DNA from: Epiperipatus broadwayi
Lineage: Eukaryota; Animalia; Onychophora
Reading direction: 5' to 3'
DNA length: 64,000 nucleotides
Assembly: GCA_028023455.1 (NCBI GenBank)
Contig: JAQFVV010000003.1
Span: forward strand, 22,630,001 to 22,694,000
The notes beneath the pieces were generated by a model. It made no database searches. It was not told the DNA's origin and saw only the letters and a program-made list of their open reading frames with translations. The translations under genes were made by a program, and so were the position numbers. Below are positions 52,800 to 64,000 of this stretch, piece after piece (the stretch's first letter is position 1; every line of letters begins with the position of its first letter).

Positions 52800-54150
52800 T
52801 GCAATCCTTTTGAATTAGTCAAAAGCATGCTCCATACTATGTTTATGTATTTCACATTTTTATTTTAAAATATTATCAAGCTTTTCTTAGTATACATGTT
52901 GTATGTATTATTTATATTGAAATAGATCATGTACTTTTACCATTTTCTTTATGTGACTATAAATCCCAAGTGTTAAGAATATTATCTGCTGTATGTTTGT
53001 TACTAATGTTCATGGTGATTTTTTCTATTGGATCTTTGTTTGATTATTCTTGCAAAGATTCCTTTTTTTTTTTTTTAGTTTGGGCATTGTGTATAGTGAT
53101 AGCTATCATATTGTATCAAGGGTATAGAAGTTTAGAGCAAAATTAATCATGTGCCCTCTTTGTTTGCAGTGGAAATATTGGGAATTTAATTGATGAATAA
53201 TTAAGAGTAGTGTGGCTTTTTCATCTAAAATTTGCACGGATATATCATTAGATCTATATTTTCATTTAATTTGACCTTAAATTCATAGCAGTTGCTGTAA
53301 ATTGGGATTGGAGTATCTTTTAGATATGTCAGTTTGAATCCAATAACTGTATTTAAATGGTTTTTATAAGTCAATGAATTTGTTTATGTTATAATTGAGA
53401 TGTTTTTAATAGACCAATTACATAATTTTCTCAAAGTTAATTTATGAATATATATTTATCTAACATTGTAATTGCTTTTTTAAATCTATCTTTTTGTTAT
53501 TGATTAAAGAATTTTAATATTATATGTCAGTCAGCTATTCTATGTATGGTATCTCACAAATTGTATTTGTTTAACACATTGTATAAATAGTCCTATAGGA
53601 AAGCAAAATAGAGAAAAGTTCGCATTTATGATATGCTAGTATAATCCATAAAAAACCATTTGAAAAGATCTCTTAAACTTAGCATTAAATCATTATCTGC
53701 CATATGTTTTCTTATAACCAGCTAGTGTGAAGTGTAATGACCTGTAAATTGATGTTGAGTTTTATAAAGACTTTAATGGTCGAACAGTAGAATCTAAGAC
53801 TGGGTGTTGGTGTGTTTATATCATATTCTTTCAATATGGAAGTCTTTTATTTTAGTTTCTCTCTTTAGTAAGAAGGTGTAGTCATTGAGACTAATGTAAT
53901 GTTGATATAAATATGTTCTATATCATTATATATATATTGTAACTAGATACTGACATACTGAATTGTTGAGCAATTTTTCCTTTTGAATTATCTTTAATTA
54001 ATAATTGTTACTTATAGTCAGATTTATTAAACAAAGTTCGGATACTTAAAAAAAACTAACATGTATTTAGTAATTTTAAATTTATTAAAATAATGAATGA
54101 AATATAAAATAATTTCTTACTTGAAAAACATATTTACAGTATAACAATTT

Positions 54151-54165
54151 TGCACCCTCTAGTGG
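54151..54165 (-). promoter_or_regulatory. CTCF-like motif
   Basis: Minus strand CCACTAGAGGGTGCA has one mismatch to the CCASYAGRKGGCRS consensus and is an isolated GC-rich word in AT-rich DNA. Confidence 0.25.
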
Positions 54166-56835
54166 CTATCATTACTACTACTATTATTATTATTGAAGTA
54201 ATGAAATGAATTATGGGTAAAATATATCATTCCTCTTATCTTTTTTTTCTGTCTCACTCTGATATTCTTAAATAATAAATTATTAAAGTGTTAATTAAAT
54301 TTATAATTTTTGATTGGCAGTGAATATTAATAATTTTAAAGATACATTATATTAGATTAAAGATATAGTGATGTATATAATACTTGAGAAATAAGTATAT
54401 CTTCTCTCACAATAACAAATTCTGCTTCAAATTCTGATAGTTATTATCTTAGTGCTCTATATTAACTGTTTAAGCTTGAATTAATAAGCACAATTTATCA
54501 AAACTAAGTTTCTGAGAAAACTCTTTTGATTTAAAATAATTTATATCTTAATGTCATCTCATATACAAATATATAGTATTAATTTAAGAATCTAAAAAGC
54601 ATAGGATAATTTGATCATGAAAATTTCATGACTTTTCTCATCCTCATCATTCTTGCTTTTATCTTGTTACTATGTATATATAATAAACAAATAAACACAT
54701 TTTGAAAATATGTATGAAAAAATCTGGATTTCAGCTCTAATTACCTTGCATCAACATTTATTGTTTATTTGTTATATATGCATTAAATGGCCGACTTTAC
54801 TTCAAAGTAGCTTATGATAGCTTGTTATCTAAAATGTATATATACTGCAGATTTGTCAATTTTTTCATGCATACAAAAAGATTGCTGATATTTCTCGAAA
54901 TTATATATATATGAGATAAAGATATGGGCGAAATTTAGTTAGCTTGAATAATTTGATATTTGAGTTCTGAAAATGTATATAATTACAAATTTATAAAGCA
55001 TAAGATTATTAGCTATTATAAATCTTATGCCTTTAAATGTTGACATTATAATTAATAAAAAAAACGAGATATGGAAATCTGATATACATTTTTAAATATT
55101 TATTTAAACTCTTTCTTCATTACCAAGATGCAGTTGTAATTTCTCATTTTCCACAGTTTCCTAAAAGATTTTCATTTAAAAAGTCGTGAAATTAATTACT
55201 TCAAAATATAACAATAGTATTGACTGACCAAGATTAATTATATATATATTTTTCAAAAACACATAATCTTTCCATTTTGAAACAAACAAAAAAATGACAC
55301 AAATCACTTAAACAAAAGAATGTATGCTTGCATATATATATATATAGTAAAGAAAAAAATAATCTCTGGGTTAATTAAAGCAGTTAATGTAACCACTGTA
55401 TGACCTGATTAAAAAATATATTGAATTATATATACAGCTATGAATTTATAATAAGGTTAGAATTTTTTCAGGTAGTCATTTATAACCAGCCTTAATACAC
55501 ATTAAATTGTTAGGAAATGGATACATAGTCAGTCTTAGTTGAAAAAAATAAAATAAGAAAAACCACCAATAAACAAACCTGATAAACAATGCCTTTTTTG
55601 ATATTCACTTCTTGAGAAATGCTGGAGAGTTTTTTTCTCCAGTGAGTATCCAAGGCTGTTTATTCATGTGTGTTTTAATATACATTAAAGTATGAGTGCC
55701 AGTAATTAATTGTTATTATATTGTAAATTATACTGCCAAAACTTTCTTTTAGGCAGTAAAGATTCCATTTATTTATTGCCAATTTGTAGTTTTATCCGAT
55801 AACAGATTGCTGATTTATATTGGTTTATTTAAGCGTGAGGGTTATGGTAGTGAAATATATATATATATTAGTAAAAGTCTCATTAGAGTTGCCAATTTGC
55901 ATGATTCTTAACAAGCTCTAAAATCAAACTAAAAATCAAAGGATAATTCTACTAATAAATAACAGTTAACTTAAAAAAAAAAAAATCAATCAGACTTTCA
56001 ATGAAGGTATAATAAATAATAATATTACTGAAAAAATAATTGGATCAAAAGTTTTAATGTGTAAAAATAAAAAATTTTCTTAAACAAAAAAATAATCAAA
56101 CAGTGATCATAATGATATATGAATCCAAGGATCTAACCAAGTGGTTCTGCCAAAAATACATCTTTGGGGGGAATTATTTGCATTTTTCACATCTTTATGT
56201 ATTGGCTTTAAATATTTGGTAAGATTAAATTTTTTTCAGGATGACTATAGGAGATGTAAATCCCAATCAATGAAATCTTTAACCAATAGTACATTGTAAA
56301 GAAATCTTTCTGATAGTAATTTAATTGAAATAATCTATGCAGTTCATTAATTTTGAAAAAAATAAATTAGATGAAAGAAGTAGATCAAAAAGTGTTAAAA
56401 CACTAATAATAAAATATAAAAAAATAGAGAAAGAATTTGATAACTTTTACAAAAGATAATAAAAGGATATTATTGGATAAATCATCAGTTTAAGAAATAA
56501 TTTGAGGGGAGAAAAAAAAGATAAAAGTCTTTAAAAAATAAAATATAATAAATTCCTATTAAATTCTCCTGAATTACATTCCAAATAAATGACAGAAATA
56601 AATCAGATACTTTAAATAAGAAAACCAACTGGCACTTTGCCTTTTTTTTTATTCTAGCACTATTTATTACAAACTTGAGCCATCAGATAATAGAACAATT
56701 TAATTCCCATTTCCAAATCAATTTCTGATATTTGCCTTTATTAAAGGGAACTTGGGATTCAAAACTGGAAAAAATGCGCTTGAAATGCTGCTACATAGCA
56801 TAACTGCTTTGGTCCAGCTTTGAATACCAAGATTT

Positions 56836-56872
56836 CCTTGTAAAAGGCAAAAACCCGAAAATAGTCTGGAGA
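56836..56872 (+). ncRNA. Heavily decayed hammerhead 3' half, related to family A
   Basis: ..AAGGC-AAAAA-CCC-GAAA-ATAGTC/TGGAGATT shares GAAA.TAGTCTGGAGATT with 19585-19602. The CUGAUGA core is lost. Confidence 0.3.
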
Positions 56873-58749
56873 TTAAAATTAAATTGCATTACCATCTGAT
56901 AAACGATGATTACTCAAGCTTACAATAAATTAAACTAGAGTAGAAAATAAAAAAATGTTTTTTACTATTGTATTAAATAAAAAAGTCTAGAACATATATA
57001 TACTACAAAAAAAAAAAAATTAAAAACTCTCGTGTAATATGATCAAATGAATGGAGTAAAGTCAAAACAAGATTGCTCTTAATAATGATTACCTATAAAC
57101 CAGTTTGGGAATGAAAATTAAATACTTTCGTCTGATAATTACTTATTACTCAGGCTTGGAATAAATCCGATGGTAAAACGGAAAAATGAAATTTGGAATA
57201 GCATAAATTAGATTCTATGAAGTTTTGTGACAGCAACTACCCACAAGAAAAATTTCATACATACATATTACCATGAATAACATGTAAACTTGAAACAACT
57301 AGAATGGTCAACTTATTTTAACATTCTAGATTATCATATTACTAAATGTCATTTAATAACTGTCTTTTTTTTTTCAAGGTCTTTCATCTCAAAGGACTCA
57401 ACATGGTATACGTGATCTTGTAAAAAAAAAAAAATCATAGGAAAAAAATATAATTTTGTTAAAACAGAGACTAGTCTAAAGCATAATGATGCATACTGCA
57501 CACACTATTAGCTTTTGATTAACATTATCTTAAAACAGATTAGAGGGATAATTAGATTACAGTAGGAACTAAATTCAAAATATACCATATGTGATTTCAC
57601 CAGCTTCATTGAGATTCAGTATAAAATTTGATATGTTAAATATGATACAATACTTTAAAATGTTAAAAAAAAAAAAAAGGTTAAGCTAAAAAAGACTGTC
57701 AAAAACTGGTAAATACAAATTATAAATTCATATCCATAAATATGTGATGCCAACCTCATTAATCAGATTGCCCTAAAACTTATTGATTTCTTCTGCCAGA
57801 TGCTGAGCGGCTAAAAGCATTATGAAAAAATGTGAGCTTGCTTTAAAATATATATATATACCTGAGATAATTCTTTGCTGTACTTCATACTTAACGTCTA
57901 ATCACGAAGATAATAGAAAAATGAACCATAAGACACTTGGAATATTATTGCATATACAGATATACATTAAAAAGTTAAGCAACTAAAAGGAATATATAAA
58001 TATTTTTACTGACATCATATTAAACTGAGAGTAAAAAAAAATCTTTTTTTCAGATAAAAATCTAATGTATTACAAAAAAAAAAAGTTTTGAAAGATTTAT
58101 TATTTATTTAGATCGCATTAAACTGGTAATGAAGATCTTTTTATAAATCAGAAAATATAATATGCAAATGTTTCTCATAACGACAGAAAATTATAAAAAA
58201 AAATCAATTTTCATGTTGATGATATGGTAATGGAAAATAACATTTTACAAAATTAATCTTTATTGATCAAACATTTGAATAATTCTTATTATAGATTTTA
58301 GTTTATTCAATTTGTATAGCCTCAAAAATAGTTGTCTAAGTAATAGGTTGTTGATAAAAGGTTAACCAAATAGGGTAGTTTTCTAATGAACAGTTAATTC
58401 AACAGCAAGCTATCTTATTGGTGAATAAATGTCTCAGTAGTAAAGTAGTTTTTTAATGAGCAATTATCACAGTAGTAAAATAGCTTTCTGGTGAATAAAA
58501 TGGGAAAGTAGCTTTGCCCCAAATACTAACAGAGCAAAAAAAAAATATCTAAATATTGAAACAAATAACTTGCAAAAAAGCATTAACATGAAACACAGGC
58601 CAGTGATGGGTAAGAAGTAAGGTTTCTAAAGATATTTTCTAAATATTTATTCAACTTTAGAATAATGTTCTTATTTAAAATTGTGTTTGTTAAAGGTAAA
58701 TGTAATTTATGACTGCATTCATTTATATTAGGTCATTTGCTTCAATATG

Positions 58750-59700
58750 AAAGAAGCAAACAGGAAATGAAGTAGTGTATAACACTGGATCATTATTGCT
58801 AGTAATTCACCACTGCCAGTCTCTCCCTTAATGCAATTAATTGTAAGCAAAAGTAATAAGGGAATACCAAATGGTAGTGCTCAATAAATCTGCATAAAAA
58901 AGGAGTCATCAAGAAAAGAATATAACAGAACATTAAGTATTCCATACTAATGATAACACATTCAAAAATAAAAAGGATGGAGGCACAATTAAACATGAAT
59001 CCAACAACAGAAGAGCCAGTACAGTCAATGGAATCAGAGCCGATCGTGCAAGAAGTTATTCCAATAGTACAAAAGCCTTTAGAACAAAAAACAAGATGCA
59101 TTTAATTAGTAAAATACTGCATATACACATTTATGGAAGAATTAAAAGAAATCCATTCAAAAATTTAATAAATGCATTTAAAAAATGAAGAATAGTTAAA
59201 AAATGGAAAAAATCTTTGAAGTAATACATGAAGAAGAAAAACTAAAGGAGTTGCAAATAACACCAAGCAGGCTGAAAGTGAATGAGCCTAGAGAAGTTAT
59301 CAACAATATAATAGATGTTGAAAATGTTATATAAACTTCAAAACAAATATAATAGAAACATCATATTTAGAACCAAGTATAATAATAGAGGAGACCAAAA
59401 AAGTATTGAGTTTGAATTTAGTTGAAGAACGTAAAATATATTATTTAAAGAAAGTAGATTTTTGTAATGATGCTATTGAAGAGAAAGTCCTAACTTAGGC
59501 CCATGAAAATAAGTACTGATATAGAAAAGATTTTACAAGATGAATTCTGCTGCCTGAACATTAAAAAGAAGGATTATGAAGAAGAGCATGTGAAGTAAGT
59601 TAAAAATAAAGATGCTCAACATTGTAAAGCCTATAAGAGAAAAAGGCTAATTAATATAAAATCAAAAAGAGTAAAATGATCTAACATATCCTGACTTTGA
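58750..59700 (+). pseudogene. Decayed Glu/Lys-rich coding-like sequence, unidentified
   Basis: Purine-rich broken frames such as MEAQLNMNPTTEEPVQSMESEPIVQEVIPIVQKPLEQK and NIIETSYLEPSIIIEETKKVLSLNLVEERK. Confidence 0.3.
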
Positions 59701-60247
59701 ATCAGTGGATTACCATTGACAAAATTGTCAAGTTTTACTTCCAGTGTGTGGAATAAAAAAAAAATGAGAAGAAGAAAAACAAGACAGAAAAAGATTTATT
59801 CCAGAATGAATAGAATGTGAGATTTTTTGAGACATCCCAAGTGACAACTCCACTACTAAAGAACTACTTGGAAAGATGTTAATTTTAATTTTAGAAAAAC
59901 AAAGAATAGTTTATTCTCTGTCAACCCTGGATGTGTTAAAAGGTATATGTTTAAAAAAAAAAAAATTACTTGTAATGTTTTGAAAAGTTAAAATATATGG
60001 ATATCCTGAAAATAACATTAAAATTATAAACAGAAATTACCAGCTTTCTAGAAAGCAAGAGTTACTGTTATTGATAATGAAAAAAAAAATTAATAATTTA
60101 GATGTAGGAAATAAAAAAAAACATATGGTCAGGATAGTTATTTATTGATTTTTTCAGAGGATGAAAAAATGCTTTTATAGTTTGTTTAGATATATTCTAC
60201 TTCTAGTGATGTACTGGGATTCAGTCAAGTACATAAGAAACTATGTT

Positions 60248-63170
60248 GTTATCATTATCATCAACCATTATCAATCCACTGCAGGATGAAGGTCTCTCCA
60301 AGTTTAATCCATCTTCTCCGATCTTTAGCTTCTCTTTTCCACAACACCCCTGCACATTTTCTTATTTCATCTATCCATCTCACATGTGGTCTCTTTCTGG
60401 GTCTTTTACAATCTCTTGGAATCCAGTTTAAAATTTCAATTGTCCATCTATTATCATTTCTTCTAGCAATATGTCCAGCCCAACTCCATTTCAATCTTTT
60501 AATTTTTTCAATAAGGTCAGTAACACCTGTTTGTTGTCTTACCCATACATTGCGTTTTCGATCTCTTTTTGTTACTCCCAACATACATCTCTCCATACTC
60601 CTTTGAGTGGTCTGAAGTCTCTGTATTGCTCTTCTATTAAGTGTCCAAGTCTCAGATCCATAAGTAAGAACTGGTAAAACACATTTGTTAAAAACCATCC
60701 TTTTCAAACACATAGGCATATTTCCTTTTAGTATCAAGTTATTTCTACCAAAAGCACTCCAACCAAGTTTAATTCTATGATTAATTTCCTCCCTTATGTT
60801 TCCATCTGTATTAATAATCTGACCAAGGTATTTGTAACTGTTAACTTCTTCTAATTCTTCATAATCAATCTTTATTTTCATATTTTGAGCAAATTGATTA
60901 AACATTACTTTAGTCTTTTTAACATTTATCTTTAGTCCTACTTTTCTACTTTCATCTGCTAACTCCTGCAACATTTCCTGCAGCTCTGAAGCATTATTTT
61001 CAAAAACAACTACATCATCAGCAAAATCTAAATGACTTAAATACTCTCCATTTACTTTCATTCCTTTAGTTTCCCATTTTTAATCCACAAAATACTTCTT
61101 GCAGCACTGCTGTAAAAAGTTTTGGTGATATGGAGTCACCTTGTCTTACACCTTTCTCAATGTTGATTTTTCCAGTATCATTATGTAATCTAATTGTTGC
61201 TGTTGCATTTTTTTATAAATATTCTTTAAAATATGACAATAACCTGGATCTACACCTTGATGATCCAATGCTTTAATCACTGAAGAAATGTGTATAGAAT
61301 CGAATGCCTTTTCATAATCTACAAATCCAAAACATAATGACAACTCATATTCATTTGTCCTTTCTATGACTTCTCTCAATACCTGGATATGATCTATTGT
61401 ACTAAAACCACTTTTAAATCCAGCTTGTTCTCTTGGTTGGTGGAAATCCAAAGTTCTCTGTAGACGAGTTGTAATTATCTTGGTAAAATTTTTATATAAA
61501 ACTGATAAAAGGCTGATAGGTCTGTAATTTCTAATATCTTCTTTATCACCTTTTTTAAATATTAATATTATTACTGCATTCTTCCAAACTTCCGGTACAT
61601 CTTTATCATTTAGACATTTGGTATATAACTTTGCTAAAATTGTTTCTATTTCTTCACCTGCTTCTTTTAATATATCAATTATAATTCCATCATTTCCTGG
61701 AGCCTTTCCTTTCTTCATACATTCAATTGCATGTCTCATTTCTTCATTTAAAATTCTGGGCAATTCGGAAGATGTAATAGATATAGGAGGTACTTGTTCT
61801 TTATTACTGTATAATTCTTGATAAAAATCTTCTACCAATTTCATGATGTCATCTCTCTTTTTAGTAATAATTCCATCTTTTTTTCTTATTGCAGATATAA
61901 ATTTCTTACCAATACCAAAATGTTGTTTAACATTCTTGAGACTTTTATTTTCTTCTACAGCTTTCCTTGCTATTTCACAGTTATACTTTCTTATATCATT
62001 TTCAACTCTTTTTCGTATCATTTTACAAAATTCAAGATATTCAATTCTTTTTAATACATCATTTTTGTATATCTTCATATTCCTTATTTTCTTCATAAAT
62101 TCTCTAGTCTCAGTAGAAATTTTACTAGTCAATTGCTGCTTTTTTCTACCAGCTATCTTTGTTGCCGTTTTTAAAAGTGTATCAGTTATTTTCATATTAA
62201 TTTCATTCAAATCTGAATTATGTTCAAAATCTCCTAACACTTGAAACCTATTTGTAAGTTCTAATTTAAATTCATTAGAATGTTTCTGAAGATTAGAAAT
62301 ATCAACTGTAAATATTGTTTTTCTTAATAATTTTTGTCTCTCTAGTTTTACATTAACACGTAACTTACACCTTACTAATCGATGATCACTTCCTGTGTTA
62401 AATTTATTAAGAACATTATGATCTTGAAATATGTATTTCCTGTTAGTCAAAATATAATCCAATTCTGCTGTACCTTCATTTGGATGCTTCCATGTCCATT
62501 TCCTTTTAACATTTTTCTCAAAAAAATAAATTCATAACATAAAGTTTTTCTTTTTCTGCAAACTCCACTAACCAAAATTACCTACAGCAATTTCATCTTT
62601 CATGTGTCTACCAATTCTAGCATTAAAGTCTCCCATAACAATTTTAAAATGTTGTTTACTCTGATCAAAAGCCTTTTGTACATCCATATAAAAATCTTCT
62701 ACTACTTCATCACTATGAGAACTTGTTGGCGCATAAACCTGAATTACCTGCATTTGGTATCTGCTATTAAGTTGTATAACTAATCTTGCAACTCTGTCCG
62801 ATACACCAACAATCTCCACAATATTGTTCTTCCACTTTTTATTTATAATGAATCCTACTCCACTTGTATTTCCAATATGTGTGCCTTTATAATAGAGTAT
62901 ATGTCCACTTTTTAAATCAATTGTTTCTTCACCTTTTCTTCTAACTTCACAAAGTCCAATAATGTCCCATTTAATATAAGACAGTTCTTCTTCTAATTCT
63001 TGCAATCTTCCTTCACTTGAAAGTGATCTGCAGTTGTAAGTACCTAAATAAAAACATCATCAAATGGCAGTCTGGGTCCGCAATCAGGGGATTCTTAGCA
63101 CCCTCCGCCTTCGGCCACCAACCACTGCCTTGGTTGGTGACTTTACAGCCTCCTGGAAATAAGGGCCATG
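60248..63170 (-). mobile_element. Near full-length RTE-clade LINE (single APE-RT ORF, inactivated)
   Basis: N-terminal AEGAKNP and GTYNCRSLSSEGRLQELEEEL; APE 62568-63005 (IQVYAPTSSHSD, VMGDFNARIG); RT 61146-62462 and 60261-61061 (NYRPISLLS, FVDYEKAFDSI, HLDFADDVV, YKYLG, WAGHIARR); tail GGTTGATGATAATGATAAC. It carries frameshifts and a 31-nt deletion near 62570 relative to the 15.7 kb copy. Confidence 0.97.
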
Positions 63171-63231
63171 CTTTATTTTTGTCTGTCATAATTGTATATA
63201 TGTATTAGAAAAATATTTATCATTTACACAA

Positions 63232-63360
63232 ACATTCATTCTGCCTTAACAGGCACTGAGAAGAAAGACCATGGTGTTTCTTGATCTTAAACTCAGAGGT
63301 AAAAAGCCAATAAACTCACCACGCTGGCTAATGCGTGTTGGTGAGCAGCCCATCCATGTT
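63232..63360 (-). repeat. RTE-type SINE or 3'-end fragment with a stem-loop, upstream of the full-length RTE
   Basis: Minus strand CTCACCAACACGCATTAGCCAGCGTGGTGAG hairpin, ending CAGTGCCTGTTAAGGCAGAATGAATG. It resembles RTE-associated SINE 3' ends (recalled, not searched). Confidence 0.4.
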
Positions 63361-63561
63361 CATATACTATATGAATAATCACATAGTAATAACAGCTGCA
63401 ATGACAAGAATGTATGGAGTGGACATTAGGAATTTGCCCTGCTCGGTTCCTTTAAGGCCTCCAAGAGGAATCAAAGGGTCTCCTTTCAATTAATAGCAAA
63501 CTCCTTTCTATTGTTTCAGGTCCTGCTATAACACATTTGTTCAAGTAGTTTACTCACTCAC

Positions 63562-63617
63562 CTGTAAGGCTCAGAAGAAGCAAGATACATTTCAAGTGTT
63601 GTTGAATTTAATAGCCT
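63562..63617 (-). CDS. Candidate internal exon of an unidentified gene
   Basis: CTCCCTTTTGAATCTTAG acceptor and CAG/GTGAGT donor. Only one open frame: RLLNSTTLEMYLASSEPY. An overlapping plus-strand exon candidate (63519-63562) is similarly plausible. Confidence 0.25.
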
Positions 63618-64000
63618 CTAAGATTCAAAAGGGAGTATGGCTTAATTTTCAAATGATATTTCAGTCTCTAAGACTCAAGGAAGTTAGTCTTATATTTTAT
63701 TTTGATGTGTTGTGAATTTCTCAACAAAAGTCAAACTGAGATAATCCTTCTTGTGGCCATGCTTCATCATACATCTTAATGACTTATGATGGAGTTTTTA
63801 TGGATCATAAGATTGAAATCCTATGCGTATTTTTATAGCATTGAATATCAAGCAAATCTCTGCACATTATGAGCTTAGGTATTCTGTAAAACATTATCTG
63901 TGAAACTGAAATATAAAAATAATTAGAGAAATGAATAAAAATTAAAGTTTTGTTGTAAGCTTACAAATGAGAAATAAAAAATTACTGTCCCATTGTTTCA

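Noticed and set aside
56120-56450. Possible Gypsy integrase remnant (QVVLPKIHLWG..., NLxPIVHCKEIF)
   Set aside because: The resemblance is too weak to support without an HMM search.

Overview
Very AT-rich, CpG-depleted eukaryotic DNA. It is probably from an invertebrate; the TE families look arthropod-like, which is an inference. No intact protein-coding gene could be identified with confidence, only low-confidence candidate host exons. The window is dominated by decayed mobile elements: five copies of one RTE-clade LINE (one near full length at 60.2-63.2 kb), a two-ORF RTEX-like LINE (22.9-26.6 kb), an L1/Tx1-like LINE (35.8-38.9 kb), I/Jockey-like fragments, piggyBac and hAT transposase remnants, a hAT MITE with an exact 8-bp TSD, and a long (GAA)n/(ATT)n block. 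The most notable unannotated signal is a dispersed family of short non-coding repeats carrying minimal type I hammerhead-ribozyme motifs (hand-built consensus CCTCA-CTGATGA-AAGCC-ATA-GGCTT-GAAA-CTAGTC/TGGGG). These occur repeatedly as head-to-head inverted pairs. In one TSD-flanked insertion (29.5-29.7 kb), one arm begins at the predicted self-cleavage site, as expected for Penelope-like or retrozyme-type retroposition. All alignments were done by eye, and boundaries of decayed elements are approximate.
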